NCBI GenBank assembly: GCA_013298865.1
Contig: JAAFJL010000088.1
Location: 1-24,254 of the forward strand
Length of the DNA: 24,254 nucleotides
Reading direction: 5' to 3'
DNA from: Cytophagales bacterium
GTDB taxonomy: Bacteria > Bacteroidota > Bacteroidia > Cytophagales > Spirosomataceae
Below are positions 16,946-24,254 of the stretch, piece by piece; the first letter of the stretch is position 1; every line of letters starts with the position of its first letter. Made by a program: the position numbers and the translations under genes. The notes beneath the pieces are model-generated. The model was not told the DNA's origin and searched no databases. It saw only the letters and a program-made list of their open reading frames with translations.

Positions 16946-17824
16946 ATGAAAACATCAATCAAAATTTTCAGCTTTTTGGCACTCAGTACCCTCAGTGGTG
17001 CTGTAGTTGCACAACGTAGTATTTCGCAAGATATTCAGAATGAGGATGGAAAAATTAAAATCCACATTGAATCTGAAGAGAATGGGAAAAAGAATGTTTT
17101 TGACCGTTCTTATGACACCAAAGGAATGTCTGAACAAGACCGTCAGGCTCTCATTGACCGCATTACAGATTCTGTCTCTACTGGTGACAATGGGCGTAAA
17201 CGTATCAAAATCAAGATAAACCGTAACGATAATCGTATTGATTCAGACAATGACAACATGGATATTCAGGTTTTTAAATCAAAAAAGAAACCTAAAGCGA
17301 AAGTTAAAAAATACTTCAAGGATAAAAATGGTGTCTGGAAAGATGAAGAAGTAGAAGTGGAGACCGATGTAGACGTTCATGTTTTTGGTTTCGATGACCG
17401 AGAGTTGGAGAAAATGGGAAAAGATATTTCAAAAGAATTTAAGAATTTTGGCGATAATCTACCAAGTCAAGACGAATTGATGAGTTCGTTACGACCAATG
17501 ATGAAGCAATTAAAAGGAACTTTCTCTTTCAATGACGGTGATTTTATGCCTTTTAATGAATCTAAAACTGTAAAAAGTTTGAAGGCATATCCCAATAAAC
17601 CATCAAATAATAAGCTTAATGTTAGATTTTATTCACCAGAAAAAGGAGACATAACTATCTCAGTAACAGACGTTAAGGGGAAAGAAGTTGGTTCTGAAAA
17701 AGTAAAAGATTTTCAAGGAGAATACATGGGACAAATCAATCTGAAATCTGATGTAAAAGGAACATTGTTTGTAACAGTTACACAAGGTGAAGACGGAGCA
17801 GTTCGTAGAATTGTAGTGGAGTAA
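16946..17824 (+). CDS. secreted hypothetical protein with a probable T9SS C-terminal sorting domain
   Basis: Signal peptide MKTSIKIFSFLALSTLSGAVVAQ. A highly charged D/E/K/N-rich middle follows. The C-terminal ~80 aa (LKAYPNKPSNNKLNVRFYSPEKGDITISVTDVKGKEVGSEKVKDFQGEYMGQINLKSDVKGTLFVTVTQGE...) resembles the Por-secretion CTD pattern. Confidence 0.5.
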   Translation: MKTSIKIFSFLALSTLSGAVVAQRSISQDIQNEDGKIKIHIESEENGKKNVFDRSYDTKGMSEQDRQALIDRITDSVSTGDNGRKRIKIKINRNDNRIDSDNDNMDIQVFKSKKKPKAKVKKYFKDKNGVWKDEEVEVETDVDVHVFGFDDRELEKMGKDISKEFKNFGDNLPSQDELMSSLRPMMKQLKGTFSFNDGDFMPFNESKTVKSLKAYPNKPSNNKLNVRFYSPEKGDITISVTDVKGKEVGSEKVKDFQGEYMGQINLKSDVKGTLFVTVTQGEDGAVRRIVVE

Positions 17825-17870
17825 CCTTAAACTGTTGATGTTTGAATCGTTGAAGAATTCAGTCGTTAAC

Positions 17871-17916
17871 AAAATAAAAACCTCTCAAAATCAATGATTT
17901 TGAGAGGTTTTTATTT
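17871..17916. terminator. bidirectional rho-independent terminator between convergent genes
   Basis: AAAATAAAAA, then CCTCTCAAAATC (17881-17892), a 3-nt loop, GATTTTGAGAGG (17896-17907), then TTTTTATTT. The stem is a perfect 12-bp pairing flanked by an A-run and a T-run. Confidence 0.85.
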
Positions 17917-17966
17917 GAATGTACTACCAAACATCGAACAACAATTAACGAAAATCGACCCAAGAA

Positions 17967-18437
17967 TCAAGGTATTGGTAAAACTTTGCTTTCCTTGAAT
18001 GTCGAGAGAATTACCATTGTCTGAGTAGATGCTACTTCTTCAATTTCATTGATTTTTTCAAGCATCAGTTTCTGGTAAGAAGCAATATCTTGTGCGATAA
18101 TTTTCAGTAAAAAATCACCCGAACCCGTAACGTGATGACACTCAATTACTTCTGGAATGGCATTAATCTGAGACACAAATGATTCTGTAACTTGTTTTTT
18201 GTGTCCCGTCAAGGTAATTGTAACGAAGGTCGTCACACCTAAACCAACTCTATCACGATTCAATTGTGCATGATAACTCTGAATAATCCCTGAAGTTTCT
18301 AATTTCTTTACACGTTCAAGTGTGGGAGCAGGTGAAAGTCCGATTTCTTTTGATAATTGAGCATTCGTAATCTTGGCATTCTGTTGTAAAATTTCCAAGA
18401 CTTTATGGTCAATCAAGTCTAATTTCATTGTACTCAT
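17967..18437 (-). CDS. Lrp/AsnC-family transcriptional regulator
   Basis: N-terminal HTH region (LDLIDHKVLEILQQNAKITNAQLSKEIGLSPAPTLERVKKLETSGII) followed by a RAM/AsnC_trans C-terminal domain. A start at 18437 or at 18428 (MKLDLID) is equally possible. Confidence 0.85.
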   Translation of the reverse strand: MSTMKLDLIDHKVLEILQQNAKITNAQLSKEIGLSPAPTLERVKKLETSGIIQSYHAQLNRDRVGLGVTTFVTITLTGHKKQVTESFVSQINAIPEVIECHHVTGSGDFLLKIIAQDIASYQKLMLEKINEIEEVASTQTMVILSTFKESKVLPIP

Positions 18438-18647
18438 TTTGTACGGATTTAGATTGTTTTGCTAACAGTAAAATAGATATTTTAGGTTGGTATGAAGCAA
18501 TACAACAAAATTACGCACTTTGGGGGAAATATCTAAGAAATATTGTAAAAATCGTGATTTGGAAAATAATATTTTTATTTAATGGCAATTTGAAGTAAAA
18601 AAAGTAATAATATTTTGTGATAGACGGAATTTTAAATTTTAAGCGAT

Positions 18648-18702
18648 GAGCAATGAGTTGTGAGCTATGAGCTATATAATTTGAACTCACAGCTCATTGC
18701 TC
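18648..18702. terminator. 17-bp imperfect inverted repeat 13 nt downstream of the DUF2805 gene stop: a terminator or regulator-binding hairpin
   Basis: GAGCAATGAGTTGTGAG (18648-18664) versus CTCACAGCTCATTGCTC (18686-18702), one mismatch, 21-nt spacer. An A/T-rich tract follows on the minus strand. It shares TGCTCACTG with the 16087-16128 repeat. Confidence 0.4.
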
Positions 18703-18714
18703 ACTGCTCAAAAC

Positions 18715-19029
18715 TCACCGCTTTGAGACTTTATTCAAAGAGATTCCCTTCTGGCGACTGCACTTGAAACGACCATCATCAACGGCACTTTTTTTCTTAT
18801 GTTTGGTTGCTCGCCCTTGCACACGTTCACGCCACATTCGCCAAGAGGATGGTTTCATTTCTCGTCGCATTAACTCAATTACTTGTTGTTCTTTCAGCCC
18901 AAATTGTGCCAAAATTGCATCAAAAGGCGTACGGTCTTCCCAAGCCATTTCAATGATTCGGTCTATATCAACCTCAGAAAGTACTGGTTTTGAAGGAGTT
19001 TCTGTTGGTTTTAATGATGTTTCTTCCAT
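18715..19029 (-). CDS. TIGR03643/DUF2805-family small conserved protein
   Basis: IIEMAWEDRTPFDAILAQFGLKEQQVIELMRREMKPSSWRMWRERVQGRATKH matches the conserved core recalled for this family. An N-terminal Pro/Thr-rich leader and a basic C-terminal tail flank it. Confidence 0.55.
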   Translation of the reverse strand: MEETSLKPTETPSKPVLSEVDIDRIIEMAWEDRTPFDAILAQFGLKEQQVIELMRREMKPSSWRMWRERVQGRATKHKKKSAVDDGRFKCSRQKGISLNKVSKR

Positions 19030-19133
19030 GAATTTGTTTTTCTACTACAACCATCTCTCAAATATTTTGTTCAACAAGGAACGGAAAAACGCCGTAACTT
19101 GTCATTCAATTAGGTATTCAATTAAATTATTTT

Positions 19134-19667
19134 ATGAGACAAACGATTCTTTTATTTTCCTTGATATTTCTTCAATCTTGTCAAAGCCAAGAAACCACAA
19201 AAATTAGCCTTTATTTTGATATGAAAGGTTATATCGCTAATCAAATAAATCTGCTAAATATCTCAAAACCAAAGGTTTCTAAGACCGTCACCGTTGGCGA
19301 TAAAATAGAAACCAAAGTAATTAGTGGCATTGATTGGGCGAAAGAATTAGAGTTTTTTGTGGAAAGCGACCTCAATAAACCTGCATTTGTGGGTAGTTAT
19401 GATATTGTAGAAAATGATTCTTTGAAAAGTTATCAGTTAAAATCTTCAGGAAAAAACTTAGTTAAGTATCTGATTATCAAACAAAAACTTGATGGTAAGG
19501 AAGAAATTTCTGCTCAAATCAGCGAGCGTAATTATCTCTATGAATCAGAGAAAAACTTACAGGCTGTTTTCAAGGATAAGAAATTAAAGTCGTATCAAAT
19601 AGAAGGTTTTCAGAAAGTGATTTTAGGAGAAAAGAAACCTTTTAAAATTGCTGGGGAGATTTTGTGA
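19134..19667 (+). CDS. hypothetical lipoprotein
   Basis: MRQTILLFSLIFLQSCQSQ is a lipoprotein signal with a lipobox Cys. The remaining 160 aa are hydrophilic with no recognisable motif. Confidence 0.5.
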   Translation: MRQTILLFSLIFLQSCQSQETTKISLYFDMKGYIANQINLLNISKPKVSKTVTVGDKIETKVISGIDWAKELEFFVESDLNKPAFVGSYDIVENDSLKSYQLKSSGKNLVKYLIIKQKLDGKEEISAQISERNYLYESEKNLQAVFKDKKLKSYQIEGFQKVILGEKKPFKIAGEIL

Positions 19668-19747
19668 GAGAATAGTTCTCTCTTACATCAATTGCCCAAA
19701 ACTAAAAAACCGTTACCTTTGTAGCCCAATTAATATTTATAGAATTT

Positions 19748-20680
19748 ATGTTTTTAAATAGAATAAAGTCGAAAGAATCAGGTATTTTATTGTATGGTAT
19801 TACGCCACCAAAAATTCAGGTAGAAGCACAAAGAGTCATTGAAATTGCCGAAAAAACTTTGGCACGTTTATACGACCTTGATATTGATGCCTTAGTCGTT
19901 TATGATGTTCAGGACGAATCTGCCCGCACAACCGAAGAAAGACCTTTCCCTTTTCTGAGTGCCCACGACCCTTTTGAATTCGCTAAAGACCATCTTCATT
20001 CGCTCGAAATCCCCAAAATTATTTATAGACCAGCAGGAAAATTTACCCAAGACGAACTCAGTATTTGGATAGATGACTTGGTGTCTCATGGATTTTTTCC
20101 TGTATTTGTAGGCGTTCCTGCTCCAGATTTTGTGCCAATCACGAGTTTACCAGAGGCGTACGCAATTTGGCGTAATCACCAAGAAAACTCTGCCGTTGGG
20201 GCGGTCATGATTCCAGAACGCCACGCAGTTTTGAATGATGAAGACCAAAGAATTCTAGATAAAATGTCTTCTGGTGTAAGTTATTTTATTTCTCAGTGCG
20301 TTTTTAATGTTGACTACGCCAAACGGGTAATTGATGATTTGACAAAAACTTGTACCGAAAAAAATATTGAATTACCTACTATTATTTTTACGCTAACTGC
20401 CTGTGGTTCAATCAAAACACTTCATTTTATGGAGTGGTTGGGTATTCATATTCCAGAAGAATTGAAAGCCGAGTTTAGGGCTTCAGAAAATATTTTAGAA
20501 AAATCGGTTGATGTCTGTATCACGATTGCCGAAGAACTGATTAACTATTGTTCAGCCAAAGGCGTACCATTTGGTTTCAATATCGAAAGCGTTGCCATCA
20601 GAAAAGACGAAATCGAAGCCTCTATTTTTATGACCAATAAAATAGGAGAAATGTTGAAAGAAAGAGGAATTCGGAAGTAA
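19748..20680 (+). CDS. methylenetetrahydrofolate reductase (MetF/MTHFR)-like TIM-barrel protein, divergent
   Basis: ILLYGITPP aligns with the MetF N-terminal SFEFFPP strand. SYFISQCVFNVDYAKRVIDDL resembles ITQFFFDVESYLRFRDRC. IIFTLTACGSIKTLHFMEWLGIHIPEEL resembles IIPGILPVSNFKQAKKFADMTNVRIP. The length (310 aa) is consistent. All comparisons are against MetF as recalled from memory. Confidence 0.5.
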   Translation: MFLNRIKSKESGILLYGITPPKIQVEAQRVIEIAEKTLARLYDLDIDALVVYDVQDESARTTEERPFPFLSAHDPFEFAKDHLHSLEIPKIIYRPAGKFTQDELSIWIDDLVSHGFFPVFVGVPAPDFVPITSLPEAYAIWRNHQENSAVGAVMIPERHAVLNDEDQRILDKMSSGVSYFISQCVFNVDYAKRVIDDLTKTCTEKNIELPTIIFTLTACGSIKTLHFMEWLGIHIPEELKAEFRASENILEKSVDVCITIAEELINYCSAKGVPFGFNIESVAIRKDEIEASIFMTNKIGEMLKERGIRK

Positions 20681-20697
20681 AAATTGATAAGTTTTAA

Positions 20698-20730
20698 GTT
20701 GATAAGTTGCCAAACCAGTAACTTATCAAC
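20698..20730 (+). terminator. perfect 11-bp inverted repeat just 3' of the MTHFR-like gene
   Basis: GTTGATAAGTT (20698-20708) / AACTTATCAAC (20720-20730) with an 11-nt loop. The following T-tract is weak (tcaaaattt). It overlaps the recurring AAGTTTTAAGTT motif. Confidence 0.4.
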
Positions 20731-21061
20731 TCAAAATTTAAAAATTAAGCCCAGCTAAAATTTCTCCAGTAAAGCCATATAAAAACCATCGCAACCTTCT
20801 TTGGCGATGGAAGTTCTTCTTTCGCTTATGAGTTTTTATTTTTCAACACCTGAGAATATTTACTAAAGATTTCTCCCTCTCTCTCCAAACCCCAATTTGA
20901 CGCATTAACTTCTTTACATTTCTGATAATCAATGCTTTAGCCCATCATAATCTTCAATTATAAACAAGCCTTAACCGTAAACTAAGTATTACACATAGCT
21001 ATTTGTTATTTTCTATATATTTGATACGATTTTAATATTGTACAGAAAATAAGCAAATACT

Positions 21062-21418
21062 ATGAAAAAATACTTAATCCTTCCCAAGCCCGTAATTATC
21101 ATTGTGTTGTGTGTTTTAATATTTTCAAGCAATGCTTGTACTACTATTCATGCCTATCAAGTAGGTGGTCCACAAGGGAGAGAGATGGGCAATCAACCTG
21201 GAACTGAATGGGAAAGTAAAAGAACAAATACCTTCTTGTGGGGTGCGGTTAGACAGGATGTGCAAATCAAAAATTGTTCGTTAGGAGATGGCTCTCGGCT
21301 AAATATTGAGGAGTTTAAAATTGAGAAAAACTTTGGATCTATCTTGGCTAATATTCTAACATTAGGGATTTGGGAGCCTGCAAAAATTAGTTGGAGATGT
21401 GCTAAACCAAAAAACTAA
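21062..21418 (+). CDS. Bor-family (lambda Bor-like, DUF1375) lipoprotein
   Basis: Signal peptide plus lipobox (VLCVLIFSSNACTT). TNTFLWGAVRQD and the C-terminal GSILANILTLGIWEPAKISWRCAKP parallel the lambda Bor HHFFVSGIGQ...LLGFITLGIYTPLEARVYC pattern. Confidence 0.55.
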   Translation: MKKYLILPKPVIIIVLCVLIFSSNACTTIHAYQVGGPQGREMGNQPGTEWESKRTNTFLWGAVRQDVQIKNCSLGDGSRLNIEEFKIEKNFGSILANILTLGIWEPAKISWRCAKPKN

Positions 21419-21422
21419 AGTC

Positions 21423-22952
21423 ATGATTAGAAGAAACGGTGCAAAAACATGGAAAAATATTCATGTTACTACCAAATTAGAACTTGAAGACTTAATTGAT
21501 GTTGACAATTCAAATGCTCAGGGGCACTCGGTAAGTAATTATGAAATTTTAAACCAAACTTCGGACGATATAAATAGCCTTATCAAAGAAGCAAAATTGA
21601 ATAATAAACATATCCGAGCAATTGGGGCAGCATGGGCATTGTCGAAAGTTCAAACTACTGAAAACTGGTTAATCAATACCAAATTACTGAACAAATGTAT
21701 TGAAGTAGAAAGCGACTGTTTTCATGTTGATTATCCTACCGACAAAAAACCTTTGCTTGTAATTGCCCAATGCGGAGTATCCGTTGCTGAACTAAACGTT
21801 TACTTAGAACTGCCAAAGAGTGCCAACCAAATAGCTCGTTCATTAAAAACAACAGGAATTGGGGCTGGACAAACTATTGTTGGGGCTGTTTCTGGAAATA
21901 CCCATGGTGCAGCCGTGAATTTTGGTGCTGTTCCCGACTTCGTTGTGGCAATTCAACTATGCAATGGTACAGACAGCCCAATCTGGATAGAACGGAGTGA
22001 TTACCATGTGATGAATCAAGTATTTGTGGATAGAGTAAATTCAAAATTGATACAAAACTCGGATATTTTCAATGCTGTTTTAGTTGGTTTTGGGGCATTT
22101 GGTGTTATTACCGCCTTCGCCATAGAAACCGAACCTTTGTATCAGCTTACGTTTCCCAAAATTGAAGAAGTTTCCCAAAATAAACTTGGTTCATTACTTG
22201 GTTCTCCAGACTTTTATAGTGGGTTACATCACCTTGAGTTTGTCTTCAATCCTTACGAAGATGATAGCTTTTATCTTATTGCAGGAACGAAAGTAAAGTA
22301 TGAAACGGGGCATCCCATACCAGCCCCATTATGGATAATTACTAATAAACTGGGATACGCCCCAGGCGACTGGACAACAAAAATTTTATTAAAACTTCCA
22401 TTTGTTTCTGGAAAATTCAAATCAAATGTTCAGTTCAAAGAGTATTTAAAAAATGCCGTCCTGAGCAACGTAAGAGGCACTTCTGGTCAGCTTTACACTG
22501 CAACCATAACGTACTTAGAAGGTTATAATGAAACAGCATTTGCAGTTTCGATTGATGATGCCATCACAACGATTTCAATATTAAAGCAAATAACCAGAGC
22601 AATGAAATTACCGCTTGTGATTCAAGCAAGGGTAGTTAAACCAGGAAAAGCAACTTTTGGATTTACCAATCTTTTGCCTAAAGCCGTGGTATTTGAGTTT
22701 GGTATCGTAAACGATTCAACATACCCAGAATTTGAACAAATGTTAATTGATCAATTAAGAAATGCAAATGTTAAATACACGCTGCATTGGTCTAAAAATT
22801 CATTAGTCAGCAGAGAAAGGCTTGTGGAAATGTATGGACAGACAAATGTTGATATTTGGAAAAATAGTAGAAACACACTCTTCAACAATGACACAGAACT
22901 AATGCGGGTATTCAATAATATACATTTAGAAGAAGCAGAGCTTGATATGTGA
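21423..22952 (+). CDS. FAD-binding PCMH-type (FAD_binding_4-like) oxidoreductase-like protein with an atypical cofactor motif
   Basis: HIRAIGAAWALSKV sits where vrGgGHS normally lies. NTKLLNKCIEVE, LLVIAQCGVSVAELNVYLE, TIVGAVSGNTHGA and DFVVAIQLCNGTDSPIWI follow the order and spacing of the PCMH FAD-binding blocks. The ORF opens with GTG at 21399. The ATG at 21423 is 4 nt after the Bor gene stop. Confidence 0.5.
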   Translation: MIRRNGAKTWKNIHVTTKLELEDLIDVDNSNAQGHSVSNYEILNQTSDDINSLIKEAKLNNKHIRAIGAAWALSKVQTTENWLINTKLLNKCIEVESDCFHVDYPTDKKPLLVIAQCGVSVAELNVYLELPKSANQIARSLKTTGIGAGQTIVGAVSGNTHGAAVNFGAVPDFVVAIQLCNGTDSPIWIERSDYHVMNQVFVDRVNSKLIQNSDIFNAVLVGFGAFGVITAFAIETEPLYQLTFPKIEEVSQNKLGSLLGSPDFYSGLHHLEFVFNPYEDDSFYLIAGTKVKYETGHPIPAPLWIITNKLGYAPGDWTTKILLKLPFVSGKFKSNVQFKEYLKNAVLSNVRGTSGQLYTATITYLEGYNETAFAVSIDDAITTISILKQITRAMKLPLVIQARVVKPGKATFGFTNLLPKAVVFEFGIVNDSTYPEFEQMLIDQLRNANVKYTLHWSKNSLVSRERLVEMYGQTNVDIWKNSRNTLFNNDTELMRVFNNIHLEEAELDM

Positions 22953-22980
22953 AATCATGCTCTTGCTCGCTCCAAATTTG

Positions 22981-23019
22981 AAAAAACCTTGTAAACTCTA
23001 AATTTGCAAGGTTTTTTTA
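22981..23019 (+). terminator. rho-independent terminator after the oxidase-like gene
   Basis: AAAAAA, then AACCTTG (stem), then the loop taaactctaaatttg with internal pairing, then CAAGGTT, then TTTTTAT. Confidence 0.6.
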
Positions 23020-23107
23020 TGAGTAAAATCCTTATAGATTAGGACAATTACTGCGAGGTTTGTAATTATTTTTAGCTAAATTTAATAAAAACCCTTTCCC
23101 AGTAAAA

Positions 23108-24010
23108 ATGAAATCAAAAATCTATGTCATCGGTAGCTCAAACACTGATATGGTGATTAAGTCGGAGAAACTTCCTGCCCCAGGCGAAACGGTAATCGGA
23201 GGAGTTTTTTTAATGAATGCAGGTGGAAAAGGGGCTAATCAAGCGGTTGCGGCAGCAAAATTGGGGGCTGAGGTTATTTTTGTCAGTAAAGTAGGCAATG
23301 ATATTTTCGGGAAACAAGCCGTAGAAGGTTTCAAAAATCTTGGCATTAATACCGATTTCGTTTTTACAGATTCCGAAAATCCTTCGGGCGTTGCTTTGAT
23401 TTTGGTGGATGGTCACGGAGAAAATAGTATTTCTGTGGCATCAGGGGCAAATGGAAATCTACAAATTTCGGAAGTTCAACAAGCCATCGACAAAGTTCAG
23501 TCGGGAGATACTGTCCTTTTGCAATTAGAAATTCCTTTACAAACTGTTACAGAAACCATTAAAAAGTGTTCAGAAAAAGGAGCAAAAGTAATTCTGAATC
23601 CTGCCCCAGCTCAAAAATTAGATGAATCGTATTTTAAATATTTGAGTATGATTACGCCCAATGAAACCGAGGCAGAAATTTTGACGGGCATAAAAGTAAC
23701 TGATTTAGAAACTGCCAAACAAGCAGCTAATGATTTTCACAGTAAAGGAATTCAGGAAGTTATCATTACGCTGGGGTCAAAAGGGGCATTTTATAGTAAT
23801 CAAGATAAACAAATCTTAATTCCAAGTCCCAAAGTTGTTGCCGTTGATTCAACTGCCGCTGGTGATGTTTTCAACGGAGCTTTATGCGTTGCCATTTCAG
23901 AAGGTCAAGCCATTGAAGATGCCATTGCGTTTGCTTGCAAGGCAGCATCCATTTCGGTTACACGTATGGGAGCTCAGGCATCAGCACCTACTCGGGAGGA
24001 AGTTTTGTAA
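23108..24010 (+). CDS. rbsK: ribokinase
   Basis: IYVIGSSNTDMVIKSEKLPAPGETVIGGVFLMNAGGKGANQAVAAAKLGA is the RbsK N-terminal substrate lid/GG motif. The C-terminal DSTAAGDVFNGALCVAISEG is the ribokinase ATP/anion-hole motif. The length is 300 aa. Confidence 0.9.
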   Translation: MKSKIYVIGSSNTDMVIKSEKLPAPGETVIGGVFLMNAGGKGANQAVAAAKLGAEVIFVSKVGNDIFGKQAVEGFKNLGINTDFVFTDSENPSGVALILVDGHGENSISVASGANGNLQISEVQQAIDKVQSGDTVLLQLEIPLQTVTETIKKCSEKGAKVILNPAPAQKLDESYFKYLSMITPNETEAEILTGIKVTDLETAKQAANDFHSKGIQEVIITLGSKGAFYSNQDKQILIPSPKVVAVDSTAAGDVFNGALCVAISEGQAIEDAIAFACKAASISVTRMGAQASAPTREEVL

Positions 24011-24031
24011 ACTTTTCAAATTCATAAATCA

Positions 24032-24254
24032 ATGAAAATCAATGTATTAGTTTTGTCACTCATCAGTTTTGTGTCTTTTGCTCAAAAGGAAATTTCTTTA
24101 ACAAAAAGCCAGTTGAAGGATAAAATCATGGGCGGTTGGGCTGGTCAAACCATTGGCGTAACTTTTGGAGGTCCAGTCGAATTCAAATTCAATGGTACGA
24201 TGATTAATGATTACCAAAAAATCCCTTGGTATGATGGTTACATCAAAAAAACGA
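24032..24254 (+). CDS. 5' part of a secreted protein, possibly an ADP-ribosylglycohydrolase-family or nucleoside-hydrolase-like enzyme (runs off the window)
   Basis: ATG at 24032, open to the end of the window: MKINVLVLSLISFVSFAQKEISLTKSQLKDKIMGGWAGQTIGVTFGGPVEF... This is a signal peptide followed by a Gly-rich G.WAG..IGV.FGGP.EF block that resembles the ADP-ribosylglycohydrolase N-terminus. The resemblance is weak. Confidence 0.3.
   Translation, partial: MKINVLVLSLISFVSFAQKEISLTKSQLKDKIMGGWAGQTIGVTFGGPVEFKFNGTMINDYQKIPWYDGYIKKT

Noticed and set aside
19668-19747. Short hairpin GAGAGAA-tag-TTCTCTC after the 19134-19667 lipoprotein gene
   Set aside because: A 7-bp stem with a 3-nt loop and no U-tract is too weak to annotate as a terminator.
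20808-20867. 19-codon ORF (MEVLLSLMSFYFSTPENIY) in the long intergenic region before the Bor-like gene
   Set aside because: It is too short to assess and has no supporting signal. It could be a leader peptide but more likely arises by chance in AT-rich DNA.
1-24254. tRNA/rRNA genes and mobile elements
   Set aside because: No T-loop-like GGTTCGAATCC or cloverleaf candidates were seen in any intergenic region. No transposase, integrase or recombinase-like ORF is present, and no long terminal inverted repeats flank any segment.

Overview
The 24.3-kb window looks like a Bacteroidota-type chromosomal segment: AT-rich intergenic DNA, lipoproteins with Cys-containing signal peptides, a T9SS-like C-terminal domain, an LVIVD-repeat protein, and TAnnTTTG (-7-like) promoter motifs. 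No tRNA, rRNA, CRISPR array or transposase/integrase is visible. Core metabolic genes are present (partial rRNA m5C methyltransferase, KdgK-like PfkB kinase, glycerol kinase GlpK, ribokinase, amidohydrolase, DedA, Lrp/AsnC regulator), and accessory-looking modules sit between them. Those modules are listed here. (1) A co-directional seven-gene cell-envelope cluster led by a TTG-start ECF sigma factor and a putative anti-sigma factor. It includes three small Cys-containing lipoproteins, an LVIVD beta-propeller lipoprotein and a small OMP beta-barrel. (2) Two distantly related COG1373-type proteins (AAA+ ATPase with a C-terminal PD-(D/E)xK-like DUF4143 region) in divergent orientation around a 636-aa flotillin/SPFH membrane protein. 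Each ATPase has its own repeat-containing upstream region, making this the best candidate for an undescribed, possibly defence-related module. (3) A MerC-like membrane protein behind a duplicated palindromic promoter/operator array. (4) An orphan NuoA homologue with a C-terminal extension, preceded by a 3x14-bp tandem repeat. (5) A Bor-family lipoprotein 4 nt upstream of an FAD-binding PCMH-type oxidase-like protein whose GxGHS motif appears degenerate. (6) A methylenetetrahydrofolate-reductase-like protein in which a conserved catalytic Glu seems to be replaced. Several intergenic hairpins and terminators are annotated, along with a recurring 3'-UTR motif (AGTTTTAAGTTAATAA) and a cluster of three hairpins that may be a small RNA. 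Every functional call rests on motifs recognised by eye in the translations; no database search was possible.
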